A DNA stretch of 33,735 nucleotides from Oscillibacter sp. (GCA_017447005.1 JAFSOM010000227.1:1-33735); one strand, 5' to 3'; counted from the first letter of the stretch, positions 1 to 9,055 are shown. Made by a program: numbers and translations. The notes: generated by a model not told the origin, from the letters alone.

Positions 1-102
1 AAAGCGGACACGGGGCGAACTGTGCCCGTGTTGGCCTTGCCGTCGCTGCCCACGTCGCCGTAGCTGCCGTAAAAGACGAACGCGGTATTACTGTTATACT
101 CG
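1..102 (-). repeat. DGR variable repeat VR1 (IMH-like invariant 3' segment at 1-28)
   Basis: 88/102 identical to 29276-29377; the first 28 nt are identical; all 14 mismatches are at codon positions 1 or 2. Confidence 0.85.
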
Positions 103-1316
103 CAACAGGTCCACGGATAATAACCGTTACCGTATGCGGTCGCGAACCCCATTGCAACGGCGGTGTCGTTGAACGGGTCCTCCATTGTGTCGGAGGAGTT
201 CAAACGGCGGTCCGCCATAAGGATTGTAATTTCCTCGACGGACGGCAACCACCATTCGAGGTCGGGGTCCTCGGAACGGGAGTAATTGAACGCGGCGTCG
301 GCGGCCGGGAAACGGGGTTCATTTGCGCCGCGAACGTCGGTTCCCTTGAGAGCCGCGAGGAGGGCGGTTGTTTCCTTGCCGTCGCGGAGCATTGCGCCGA
401 ACGCGGACGGGTATTTGATGAAATGTTCGCCGATAAGATACGACGCATAATCCGCGTATTTGGCGCGGAGGGCGGCGCAATATTCGGAGTTCTCGAACGA
501 TGTTTGGTTGACAATTGTTGACGAACCGAGGGGGACGTTGGCGTCCGGAGTCGAACCGTTCGTCTTGTAATAGTCGACGAATCTCTTTTTGTTGCCTCCG
601 GCGAAATAGGAATCGACGCCGTTGTTGCGGCGGACCTGTTCGGCGGCGGAGAGGTACGCGTATTCGACTTGCCAATTGTGGGTATCCTCGACAAAGGCAA
701 CGCCCGAACCGCCGCCCGTTCCGGTTACGGAATCCACGGTGTCGCGGAGGTGGTAATTGTGCGCGAGGATGATTTGTGTTCCCACGGCGGCCGCAACCCA
801 CGCCTTGTCGTCGGCGTCGGTGAGGGTCGTAAACTGTGTTGAGATACTCGCGGCGATTGCGGCGAGGGTGGTTCCGGCCTCCCATTCAACGTCGACCTCC
901 TCGGTAACGGCCCCGTTGTTGTGAACAACGATTGCAAGGGTTCCGGCGATTTCGGGGTTAATGTTGTTAAGGGCGACCTCGAAAGGATGTCCCCAACGAT
1001 ACGAACCGAGGTTCTCGATTGCGGTAATTAACACCTTATCCCCCCGGCGGCCGTAAACCTCGGCGTACGGGTGGAGGTTCTCCGGGAATACGGAACGGAT
1101 AATCGTTCCGGCCTTGACGAAAACGCGCTTGTTTGCGTTGACGTCCTTACATACGAGGTCGCCGACTCCGGCGAGGTTCTTGTCCTCGAAAACGACGTTC
1201 ACGCCGTCGAACACGGCGCGGGAACCCTCGACGATACGGGACACGGCCGACGCGGTCGCCGAACGGGTGTTGTCGGCGTCGTAAGCGGCTTTTGTTGCGT
1301 AATTGTTGACTTGCAT
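1..1316 (-). CDS. DGR target protein 1, probable receptor-binding/tail-fibre tip protein with C-terminal CLec-like variable domain (3' end runs off the window)
   Basis: Absent from the ORF track because its stop lies outside the window. Manual translation from ATG 1316 gives an open frame: MQVNNYATKAAYDADNTR...WWLPSVEEITIL...YPWTCCEYNSNTAFVFYGSYGDVGSDGKANTGTVRPVSAF. The WxLPSxxE motif and terminal VRPVSAF are typical of CLec-fold DGR targets. It follows the fibre genes. Confidence 0.85.
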   Translation of the reverse strand, partial: MQVNNYATKAAYDADNTRSATASAVSRIVEGSRAVFDGVNVVFEDKNLAGVGDLVCKDVNANKRVFVKAGTIIRSVFPENLHPYAEVYGRRGDKVLITAIENLGSYRWGHPFEVALNNINPEIAGTLAIVVHNNGAVTEEVDVEWEAGTTLAAIAASISTQFTTLTDADDKAWVAAAVGTQIILAHNYHLRDTVDSVTGTGGGSGVAFVEDTHNWQVEYAYLSAAEQVRRNNGVDSYFAGGNKKRFVDYYKTNGSTPDANVPLGSSTIVNQTSFENSEYCAALRAKYADYASYLIGEHFIKYPSAFGAMLRDGKETTALLAALKGTDVRGANEPRFPAADAAFNYSRSEDPDLEWWLPSVEEITILMADRRLNSSDTMEDPFNDTAVAMGFATAYGNGYYPWTCCEYNSNTAFVFYGSYGDVGSDGKANTGTVRPVSA

Positions 1317-1328
1317 AATGAGAAATAA

Positions 1329-2411
1329 TTAAATGGTTTTCCAATCGGATACGGCCGAATTTCCGGTCGATTTGTAAACGGCGTTGTTCGCCTTATCAAT
1401 CCAAATTTGCCCGGCGCGGTCGGGTTTGACGTCCGGGGCGTTGGACGCAACGAAAATCAAATTGTTGTCGCCCCAAACCTCGAGTTTACGGACGGAAAGT
1501 TTCTCGACGAGAACGGTTCCGGATATAATCCCGATAACAAGGGCCGCGAGGGTTTCGAGTTTGGTTTCGACGGTTGCGTCGGCGTGTGCGAGGACCCCGA
1601 AAACGGTTTCCATATTCACAACGGCCGTTGTCGCGGCGGATGCGGCCGACGATGCGGCGGAGGCGGCGTCGTTTGCCGCGCTTGCGGCGGAATTCGCGCT
1701 CCCGGCGGCGGTATTGGCGGCGGTTGCCTTTTCGTCGGCGAGGGCGGCCTTTGCATTTGCAAGGACGGCCGCGTCATTTGCGAGTCCCGCCTTTGTGGTT
1801 GCAAGGGTCGCGGCGTCGTCCGCGAGTCCGGCCTTTGTATTAGCGAGTGCGGCGGCGGCGTTTGCGGCGTCGGTCGCCTGTGTTGCCGGGGCGACGATTT
1901 CCGCGAGGGCGTTATCATAACGGGATGTGAGGTCCGCGTAACCAACGGAAACGCCCGTGTCGACGTACGCGTTGAGGGAGTCGTCGTAAACGAGCCACGT
2001 GTTGTTGTTGGAAATCCTCGGGGAACACCCGGTTACGTCCACGTTGGACGGGAAATTCACAACAGTAAGGGCGAGGGCGACGGTTTGTTCAACATACCCG
2101 GCCGGGTTGTCGTCGTCGACGTTGATAATCTCGGCGAGGGCGGTTGAGTACATTGTGTTGTCGGACAACTTGACGTTGACGACGATTGCGTAATTACCCT
2201 CGGCCGTGAGTTCGCGTGTTGCGAGGAGCCGGATAAATACGTTGTTCGTCAATTCGTCGAAATTGATGTCCGCGAGGGTCATTGTTTGACCCCCGGGGAG
2301 TCGGAGAACGCCGCCGATATAACGAACCTTTCGCAAATCGACCGCAACTCCGGAGGGTTGGATAAGGGAAATTTTTAATCCACACCCGTAACCACGTTTT
2401 ACGTAATACAT
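1329..2411 (-). CDS. Putative tail fibre/stem protein with Ala-rich coiled coil and conserved C-terminal domain
   Basis: 360-aa ORF with Ala-rich ~14-aa periodic repeats (LANTKAGLADDAAT, LATTKAGLANDAAV); last 88 aa paralogous to those of 2438-3355; adjacent to DGR target 1. Confidence 0.6.
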   Translation of the reverse strand: MYYVKRGYGCGLKISLIQPSGVAVDLRKVRYIGGVLRLPGGQTMTLADINFDELTNNVFIRLLATRELTAEGNYAIVVNVKLSDNTMYSTALAEIINVDDDNPAGYVEQTVALALTVVNFPSNVDVTGCSPRISNNNTWLVYDDSLNAYVDTGVSVGYADLTSRYDNALAEIVAPATQATDAANAAAALANTKAGLADDAATLATTKAGLANDAAVLANAKAALADEKATAANTAAGSANSAASAANDAASAASSAASAATTAVVNMETVFGVLAHADATVETKLETLAALVIGIISGTVLVEKLSVRKLEVWGDNNLIFVASNAPDVKPDRAGQIWIDKANNAVYKSTGNSAVSDWKTI

Positions 2412-2437
2412 TGTTTTATGCGATTTTTGGGTTTAAC

Positions 2438-3355
2438 TTATACGGTCCTCCAATCGGAAACGGCGGCGTTCCCGACCGACTTATAAAGGGCGTCGTTTGC
2501 CGTGTCGATGTAGAATTGACCCGCGCGGTCCGGTTTTGCGGTCGGCGCGCCGGAACCCGTGAGGACGAGGTTATTATTGCCCCAAACGCCGAGGTCGCGG
2601 ACGTTGAGGGATTCGACGAGGGCCTTACCGGAAACGATACCGTCGAGGCGTTCCGCGAGGGCCTGTTGTCCGGCCTTGAGGGTGTCGTCGGCGTGTGCAA
2701 GGACAGACACGCGTTCGTCGATGTGTCCGTCGATGTCGTCAACAATACCACTCGCGGCCTCGGCCGCCTCGTTTGCGCTTTCGGCGGCGGCATTTGCGGC
2801 CTCGGTTGCCTCGGTTACGGCGGCGTCGGTATGTAACAGGCCGAGAAAAACGGATTCAATGTCGTTCGGGGAAACGATGTTCTCCGGCAACACGAATTCG
2901 AGTTTCGTTGCCGTTTGGATGTAGTGTCCGGAGGCGGAATCCCACGCGAACAACGCCCCGTTGACGTCGGTTTTCGGGAGGCGGTCGGCGTTGAAATACG
3001 CGCGGACGGTCGAGGTAATCGACGAGGTCGGGAACGTGAAATCGACAATTGTAAAACCAATCCGGATTGAGGCGTCGAACGCGTCGACGGCCGCCGGGGT
3101 TATGAGGGACCCGCCATTGTCGGTCTTGTCGACGACGGCGAACGCGCGATAACTACCTATCGGGAGGACGATTTGTGACAGGCGGGCGACGAACTTTCCG
3201 AGGGTCGTGTCCTTTGTCATTTCGGCCGCGATAAGTTGGTAATCCGGCGTTACGAAATAGAGGGTTGCCTTTGCGATTGCGGACAACGCAATCGGGGACC
3301 CGGAGGATGAGAAAACGGCGGTTAACAGTCCGCCAATTTTAGTGCTGACTTTCAT
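2438..3355 (-). CDS. Putative tail fibre/stem protein, C-terminus paralogous to 1329-2411
   Basis: 305-aa ORF; short Ala-rich helix followed by the shared VWGxNNL...KPDRAGQ..ID.AN.A.YKS.GN.AVSDW domain. Confidence 0.55.
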   Translation of the reverse strand: MKVSTKIGGLLTAVFSSSGSPIALSAIAKATLYFVTPDYQLIAAEMTKDTTLGKFVARLSQIVLPIGSYRAFAVVDKTDNGGSLITPAAVDAFDASIRIGFTIVDFTFPTSSITSTVRAYFNADRLPKTDVNGALFAWDSASGHYIQTATKLEFVLPENIVSPNDIESVFLGLLHTDAAVTEATEAANAAAESANEAAEAASGIVDDIDGHIDERVSVLAHADDTLKAGQQALAERLDGIVSGKALVESLNVRDLGVWGNNNLVLTGSGAPTAKPDRAGQFYIDTANDALYKSVGNAAVSDWRTV

Positions 3356-3367
3356 TTTTGCGTGTGT

Positions 3368-3886
3368 TTATTTACCGATAATCTTTGTCCGGGTCCGGTA
3401 CGACCGGAGGCGGCCGTTACCCTTGTAATCCGGGAAAATCTCCGGGTTGTTCGCCATATAGACAAAACATTCTTGAATATATCCGTCGGCGACCGAGAAC
3501 GCGTCGTTTGCGGCGATTTGGCGTTCCTTGATTTCGGTCGCGTGGGAATAATCGTCGTTTTTCTTGACGTACCCGAACCGGGTTAAATGGTTGGTCGCGG
3601 TCTTGACGAGGCGGCCCCAACTGTAATAAGCGAGGGCGCGGCGCAATCCGGCGAACACGTGGACGTTTCCGTCGGCGTCCTCGTAATCCCCGCCCTCGAG
3701 GAGCCGGGAATACTTGACGTTGTCGACCAAACGGACAAACAGGGCCTCGCCGAGTTTGGGTTTGATGTCGAGGAGGGACGCCTCCTCGATTGCGCGTTCC
3801 GCAACGTCGCGGTCAACGTCACAGGGCCGGGCGAGTTTCCGGATGTCGTCCGGGGTGATAATTGGTTTGTAGTGTTCCGTTATCAT
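3368..3886 (-). CDS. Putative head-tail adaptor/connector protein
   Basis: 172-aa mostly helical ORF overlapping the portal stop (ATGA); position and size fit a connector; function inferred. Confidence 0.45.
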   Translation of the reverse strand: MITEHYKPIITPDDIRKLARPCDVDRDVAERAIEEASLLDIKPKLGEALFVRLVDNVKYSRLLEGGDYEDADGNVHVFAGLRRALAYYSWGRLVKTATNHLTRFGYVKKNDDYSHATEIKERQIAANDAFSVADGYIQECFVYMANNPEIFPDYKGNGRLRSYRTRTKIIGK

Positions 3887-5100
3887 TCCGCGTCGGGGTT
3901 TTGGGTTACTGATTTAACGAGGGGTTCAACCTTGATGTCGTCCGGGCCGTTGAACGGGAGGAGGTCGTCGGGTTCCCAATGCGTGAAAATGAGGTTATAT
4001 GCGCGGGTCAACATTCGTTGGAACTTTGTAACCTGTTCGCAATATTCCTTTTTCACGTCGTTTGCAAGGTCCCCGGAGAATCCGATTGAACCCGTCCGGA
4101 GTCGTGCAAACATTTCTTGATTGAACGCGGCGTATATTTTCTCGACAACCTGTTTGTTGGTCGAGTCGAATTCCTTGTCAAAGTTTTTCGGCGCAAAGGA
4201 TACGAATTCCGGTTTCTCCTCGTCGACCTCGCCCTCACAAACGGCGATTTTACACGAATTCGTGTCGCCCTGTAAGGACTCGATACTTTCGATAAATTCG
4301 TCGAAATCCCCGTCCCCGGATGTTTCGGGGCGGTCCTTTCCGTCGAAAACGTCGGAACCCTCAGGGGGGAGGGGCCGCATTTGGCCCCTCTTAACCCAAA
4401 GGATACCCCCGGCGAGGAAATTGTTTCGGACGTTGCGGTTTGACACGTTCGACAATCCCTCGTCGGTTGACATATCCGTTAAAACGGTGTCGTACGTCGG
4501 TATTGGATACCGGAGTCGCCCGGCCCGGGAAATATAAAGGACTTGACCCTTATAAAACTCGATTCCTCCGGCCGCGATAATTTGCGCCTGTACGATTTCC
4601 GGGTCCGGATTGAACACGGGGAAAATTTCGATTGACTGTTTGTCGACCTTGACGGACTTTCCGTTCCGCGTCTTTTTACCGCGCCAATCCGGGTGATAAA
4701 TAACGTGTGATATAATGCCGTCGTCGTCCTCCTCCTCGAGTCGGACACATTCAAACGGCATTTGCGCGAGGGAAACGATGTTCCCGGCGACATTATAATT
4801 GACGTGTATTGCGATACCCTCGTATTCGCCGCAATCCGCCGACAAAAGGGAATGAACGTCGTCCACCGTTTCCCCGGCCGGATTACATACGAAATCGGAC
4901 AACGATTGCGACGCAAGGCCGTTCCCCTCAATGTAGGTAATACGGCGTTCCAAACAGGTACGGCCGCAAGACGACGCCGACACGATGTCGTGTAATTCTT
5001 GCGGATACAGGTTGTTTGCGCCGTACGTCTTGATTCCGAGGGCTGAAAGATACTTGACGTCGATTCGCGTTTCGGGTTTTTTGGTGTTTTTGATGTTCAT
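3883..5100 (-). CDS. Portal protein (probable)
   Basis: 405 aa; N-terminal YGANNLYPQ-type motif that I associate with Bacteroidota phage portals; size and context fit. Confidence 0.65.
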   Translation of the reverse strand: MNIKNTKKPETRIDVKYLSALGIKTYGANNLYPQELHDIVSASSCGRTCLERRITYIEGNGLASQSLSDFVCNPAGETVDDVHSLLSADCGEYEGIAIHVNYNVAGNIVSLAQMPFECVRLEEEDDDGIISHVIYHPDWRGKKTRNGKSVKVDKQSIEIFPVFNPDPEIVQAQIIAAGGIEFYKGQVLYISRAGRLRYPIPTYDTVLTDMSTDEGLSNVSNRNVRNNFLAGGILWVKRGQMRPLPPEGSDVFDGKDRPETSGDGDFDEFIESIESLQGDTNSCKIAVCEGEVDEEKPEFVSFAPKNFDKEFDSTNKQVVEKIYAAFNQEMFARLRTGSIGFSGDLANDVKKEYCEQVTKFQRMLTRAYNLIFTHWEPDDLLPFNGPDDIKVEPLVKSVTQNPDAE

Positions 5101-5113
5101 TGTCCGGGCGTTT

Positions 5114-5914
5114 TTACTCGGCCGGGTTCTCGGCCTTTATTGCGGTGAAATACTTTTCGACGCCGTACTTTGTGAGGGCCTTTCCGTCAACCTCCATTCC
5201 GACGTAATCGGCGACGATTGCGGATTTTGTGTCCCCGGCCTCGAGGCGGGCCTTAATTGCGGCGTAAATTTCCGGGTTGAGGCCGTTTGCGGCGGTCTTT
5301 TTGTCCCCGGCGGGTTCCTGTTCGCCCTTATTGGCGTCGTCGGACTCCTCCTCGGCGGTCTTTTCGGGTTCGCGCGGTTCGAGGACGATGTTTGACTCCT
5401 CGATTTTCTTAACGAGGGCGTCAAGGTCGGCGACGGCGCGGTTGCGATATTCCGTCATTTTGGCGAGTTCCGCCTTGAGGGATTCGTTTTCCGCGCGGAG
5501 GGCGTCAATATCGGCCGAATTTGCGGCCTCTTTTTCGTTTTCCGGGCCTTTCTCCTCGGCGGCGGTGTTGGGTATTACCTCAAACAGTCCACGCGCCCCG
5601 GGGCGTTCTTTTAGGAACTGTTCCGCGACGGCGTCGGTGAGGTTGTCGTTGGTATATACCTCGGATGTCCCGGACGGCTGAATAACGACTCCGGCCTTGA
5701 GGACGTATTTTGCTTTTTCCATTGTCAAATGATTTTTTGTGAATATGCGTAATTCGATAACGGCGTCCCGGTAACGGTCCGGGCAATTGCAATTGCGGAT
5801 GTGTTTTCCGAGGACGTCGAAATACATTTGTTCAATCGCCGCGCGGTCGGCCGTGGAAAACTCGAATTGAGTTCCCCACGCCGATACGCGACGTTTGATT
5901 TCCTCGTAATTCAT
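5114..5914 (-). CDS. Hypothetical phage morphogenesis protein (coiled-coil, acidic linkers)
   Basis: 266-aa ORF in the structural operon; CNCPDRY motif; coiled coil IDALRAENESLKAELAKM. Confidence 0.6.
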   Translation of the reverse strand: MNYEEIKRRVSAWGTQFEFSTADRAAIEQMYFDVLGKHIRNCNCPDRYRDAVIELRIFTKNHLTMEKAKYVLKAGVVIQPSGTSEVYTNDNLTDAVAEQFLKERPGARGLFEVIPNTAAEEKGPENEKEAANSADIDALRAENESLKAELAKMTEYRNRAVADLDALVKKIEESNIVLEPREPEKTAEEESDDANKGEQEPAGDKKTAANGLNPEIYAAIKARLEAGDTKSAIVADYVGMEVDGKALTKYGVEKYFTAIKAENPAE

Positions 5915-5929
5915 ACGACCCGGGCGGGG

Positions 5930-6535
5930 TTATTCGGCCCCGTTTACGAGGGTGTTAATGAGGGTCTTTGTTGCGGAGTATGAACCCGCGTCGAGGAACA
6001 GGCCGGAAACCGGGGATTTCTCCTCCTCGAGGGCGATTGACCAACCGCCGTTGGCGTCGTCGGAATAGGGGTCGAGGGAACCCTCGGCGAGGGTCAAACC
6101 CTGATAAAATCCCTTAACCTCGAACGCGGACTCGCCGGGGTGCGTTTCGTCCGTGAGGTGTTTTGCCTTGTTCTCCTGTATGAACACGAATTCGCCGTCG
6201 AGAATCGGGTCGACGATGTCGGCGGATACCTCGGGGGAATTGTCGAGAATAATAAACTGTACACGGTTAGTCACGTAACCGCCGAGGTCGGAGGTGTTGA
6301 GGGTCTTTGTGGAACCCGCGAACGGCTTTTTGCCTGTCTGATATACGGGGAACGCGTGTGCGCCGGAGGTGAGGGGGAACGCGGAAATAACGTTCGGGCG
6401 TCCGGTGGCAAACTCGACGTTCGCGAAATCCACGTGTGAACGGTTGATAATCCAACCGACGAGTTCGAGTCCGCCGACGAACGGTTCGTCGCAATTGCGC
6501 TCGATTGCCTTTTTAATGAGATTGTCGCAATTCAT
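5930..6535 (-). CDS. Putative major tail tube protein
   Basis: 201-aa beta-rich ORF directly after the capsid gene; inferred from size and composition. Confidence 0.5.
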   Translation of the reverse strand: MNCDNLIKKAIERNCDEPFVGGLELVGWIINRSHVDFANVEFATGRPNVISAFPLTSGAHAFPVYQTGKKPFAGSTKTLNTSDLGGYVTNRVQFIILDNSPEVSADIVDPILDGEFVFIQENKAKHLTDETHPGESAFEVKGFYQGLTLAEGSLDPYSDDANGGWSIALEEEKSPVSGLFLDAGSYSATKTLINTLVNGAE

Positions 6536-6560
6536 ATTGTTACGATGTTAAATTGTTACG

Positions 6561-6585
6561 AAAAGGGCGGCGGGGTGCGCCGCCC
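6561..6585 (-). terminator. Intrinsic terminator after the major capsid gene
   Basis: Stem GGGCGGCG (6565-6572)/CGCCGCCC (6578-6585), followed by TTTT on the minus strand. Confidence 0.7.
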
Positions 6586-6608
6586 GTGAATTGGATTCGG
6601 TCGTCGGT

Positions 6609-7691
6609 TTAGTATGCAACCTGTACGAGGTCGTCCTGTGCGACGAGGGTTCCGATTTTGTCCTTTGCGTGAATCTTGTTCAACTGTTCGTCGCGGTTGA
6701 ACCAAATTGCGATGTCGGCGAGTTCGGACTCGGACTCAACGCCCGCGAGGAGGTTGTCCTTGACCGTGTAAACGGCGCGGTACGGCTTGTTGTACTGTCC
6801 GGAGTTCGAGGTTGCCTCGTAACCCTGTATGATTTCGTCCCAAAAAGGAACGGCGATAACGGTTTTTCCGTTGTAGGTTCCTTTCTCGATTCCGTCGAAC
6901 AGGGCCTCCCACTGCATTTCGGAACCCTTGTTGTTAGACTTGATGTCGTGGTCGAGGGCGTCCTTAAATGCCTGTGAAATGTAGATAACGCCGTTCGGTT
7001 GCTGACGGAGTACGAGGGGCGCGTCCTCGATGAGGGAATCCATAACACCCGTTGCAACTCCGGCAACTTTCATTGCGGCCTTTTGATTTGCCCACGTGGT
7101 TTGTGCGTTTGCGGCAATCGTAGTGTGACGGGCGGCGTCGGCGGCTACGATTGCGAACAGGCGTTTCCAAAGACCGTCGGTAACGGTGAATTTGGTTTTG
7201 TCGGTTCCGGGTTTGAGAACGCCGCCGTTGGCGACGACGTCGGCGGCCTTGTCGCCGAACCACACAAAGCGGAGCAACATTTTACGGATTGCGAGTTCGA
7301 GTCGAGGCATAATGATATGGTCGATATACTCGGTTCCGGTGAGGTCCGCGATGTCGGTTCCGGTACGCATTGCGACCTGTGCGAGGGTTCCCTCGAGGTC
7401 GGCGTAACAAATTTTTTCGGCGACCTCCCATTCGGGGATGTCCCACGTCTTTTCGGATGTCGACATAATGTCGTTGTCGAAAACGGGGTTACATTTGGTT
7501 GACGCCTTACCGATGAGTCCGAATTCTCCCACGAAACCGACCTTTTCGCCGTTTTTCTGCTTGGGGAGAACGTTTACGAGTGCGCCGATTTGGTCGGCTC
7601 CGAGGACGGCGAGGAAAATAAGTTTCCGGAGGTCCCTAACCGCCCCGTTGTCCGGGGTGAGGTTTTCAAAATTCAGTCCAATTGAGGCCAT
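6609..7691 (-). CDS. Major capsid protein (probable)
   Basis: 360 aa directly downstream of the protease/scaffold gene and followed by a terminator; R.VWFGD...DGLWK pattern resembles capsid proteins. Confidence 0.75.
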   Translation of the reverse strand: MASIGLNFENLTPDNGAVRDLRKLIFLAVLGADQIGALVNVLPKQKNGEKVGFVGEFGLIGKASTKCNPVFDNDIMSTSEKTWDIPEWEVAEKICYADLEGTLAQVAMRTGTDIADLTGTEYIDHIIMPRLELAIRKMLLRFVWFGDKAADVVANGGVLKPGTDKTKFTVTDGLWKRLFAIVAADAARHTTIAANAQTTWANQKAAMKVAGVATGVMDSLIEDAPLVLRQQPNGVIYISQAFKDALDHDIKSNNKGSEMQWEALFDGIEKGTYNGKTVIAVPFWDEIIQGYEATSNSGQYNKPYRAVYTVKDNLLAGVESESELADIAIWFNRDEQLNKIHAKDKIGTLVAQDDLVQVAY

Positions 7692-7738
7692 AATTGTAAT
7701 TGTTTAATTGTTAATGATTTGCGTTGTTGCGTCTTGGA

Positions 7739-8953
7739 TTACTCCTCCTCGCCCTTGTTCTTTTTCTCGAGGGCCTCGAGGCGTTGTGCGACGAGGGATT
7801 TCTTGACGGGGGTTGTGTCGCTACCCTTTTTTCCGGGTTCCTTGTTTCCGGCGGCGGGTTTGTAGTTGGATTTTGCGGATTTCAACCACTTAATACCACC
7901 CGCAACGGTTACGAGGTTGAGGATTTCGAGGTCCTCCGGGGTCTTTGCGGCGGCTTTTGCGGTCGCAAGTTCGGCCTCGAGTTCGGCGATACGGGCGTTC
8001 GCCTGTTCGAGGGCCTTTGCGGTTTCGTCGTCGTCCCCGTCGTTGTCGTCGTTATCGTCGCCGGAGTTGTCGTCAGCGTCGCGGATTTCGGTAATTACCC
8101 CCTCCTCGATAACGATTGTCTTTCCGTCGGGCATTTTGTGTTCACCGTCGGGGGATGCCTTGTCGCCGACGGCCGGGTCCTCGCCCTCCTCCTTTTCAAT
8201 GGTGATTGTTCCGCCGTCGGCGGTGTTGAGGTCGTATGCGACGACCTTTGTTTCCCCGAGGCCGAGGGCCTTACCGAGGGCCGCGAACGCCTGTGCGATT
8301 GCGGACTTTTTCGTTTCTTTTGACATTGTAATTTGGTTTTTGGGATTATGTGCGTTCCATTCCTCCGGGGACAACGCCCGGTCGATTTTCTCGGCGGCCG
8401 CCGATTTCGGAGGGGTTATTTCGTGGATGAATCCGAGTTCCTTTGCCTTTTCCGGCCCGAAATAGGTTCCCGCGTTCATTTGCGCGTCGAGGACGTCGCG
8501 GTCGGTCCCGGTGCGTTCCACATAAAAGGCGAGCATTTTTTCGCGTTCGACCTTGAGGTCGTTTGCGATTCGTTCGAGGTCCTCGGCGTGGTATGCGCCC
8601 GCGAGGGTGTATTCCGGGATATAAGGGTCGTGAATGAGTAGCGACGCGTGAGGGGCGGCCCGGCGTACCGATGCGGCGCAAAGAATGATTGTTGCCATTG
8701 ACGCGCATTGTCCCTCGACCGTTGCGACGATTGTTTTTCCGGTTGCCCGGAGTTTATCGACAATCGCCCAACCCTCGGTAACGTCGCCGCCCGGACAATG
8801 AATCCGGAGGTCGATTGTATCGTCCTCGGCCGCGACCGATTGGATAAACTCGTCAACCGACGAAAAGGACACGCCGTCAATTCCGCAAAACCACAACAGG
8901 TCGAGGCGTTCCTCGTCCGAAATAATTGGGTTGTAAATCTTGAGAATTGCCAT
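7739..8953 (-). CDS. ClpP-family head maturation protease fused to a C-terminal scaffold-like region
   Basis: IHCPGGDV, CASMAT (catalytic Ser), LLIHDP (His) and AKELGFIHEI motifs, followed by an acidic/coiled-coil C-terminal half. Confidence 0.85.
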   Translation of the reverse strand: MAILKIYNPIISDEERLDLLWFCGIDGVSFSSVDEFIQSVAAEDDTIDLRIHCPGGDVTEGWAIVDKLRATGKTIVATVEGQCASMATIILCAASVRRAAPHASLLIHDPYIPEYTLAGAYHAEDLERIANDLKVEREKMLAFYVERTGTDRDVLDAQMNAGTYFGPEKAKELGFIHEITPPKSAAAEKIDRALSPEEWNAHNPKNQITMSKETKKSAIAQAFAALGKALGLGETKVVAYDLNTADGGTITIEKEEGEDPAVGDKASPDGEHKMPDGKTIVIEEGVITEIRDADDNSGDDNDDNDGDDDETAKALEQANARIAELEAELATAKAAAKTPEDLEILNLVTVAGGIKWLKSAKSNYKPAAGNKEPGKKGSDTTPVKKSLVAQRLEALEKKNKGEEE

Positions 8954-8984
8954 TGTTGAAAAGTGTTGTTAACTGTTAACGGTG

Positions 8985-9015
8985 CAAAAATAACCAAATG
9001 TGTACTCGGTACACA
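8985..9015 (-). promoter_or_regulatory. Putative late promoter: -7 box TATTTTTG with upstream TGTGTA-N5-TACACA palindrome
   Basis: caaaaata at 8985-8992 is TAnnTTTG on the minus strand; palindrome at 8999-9015; the same motif occurs at 19669-19685. Confidence 0.6.
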
Positions 9016-9055
9016 CGCGCAAATGCAAAAATCGAGTGACAACAATTTGTCAGTA

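Noticed and set aside
1-102. Repeat pair as terminal repeats, att sites or a simple duplication
   Set aside because: The second copy is internal, both end ORFs in the same frame, and mismatches are confined to codon positions 1-2.
8025-8085. gtcgtc/gttgtc micro-repeats
   Set aside because: Simply encode the Asp/Asn-rich linker of the protease-scaffold protein.
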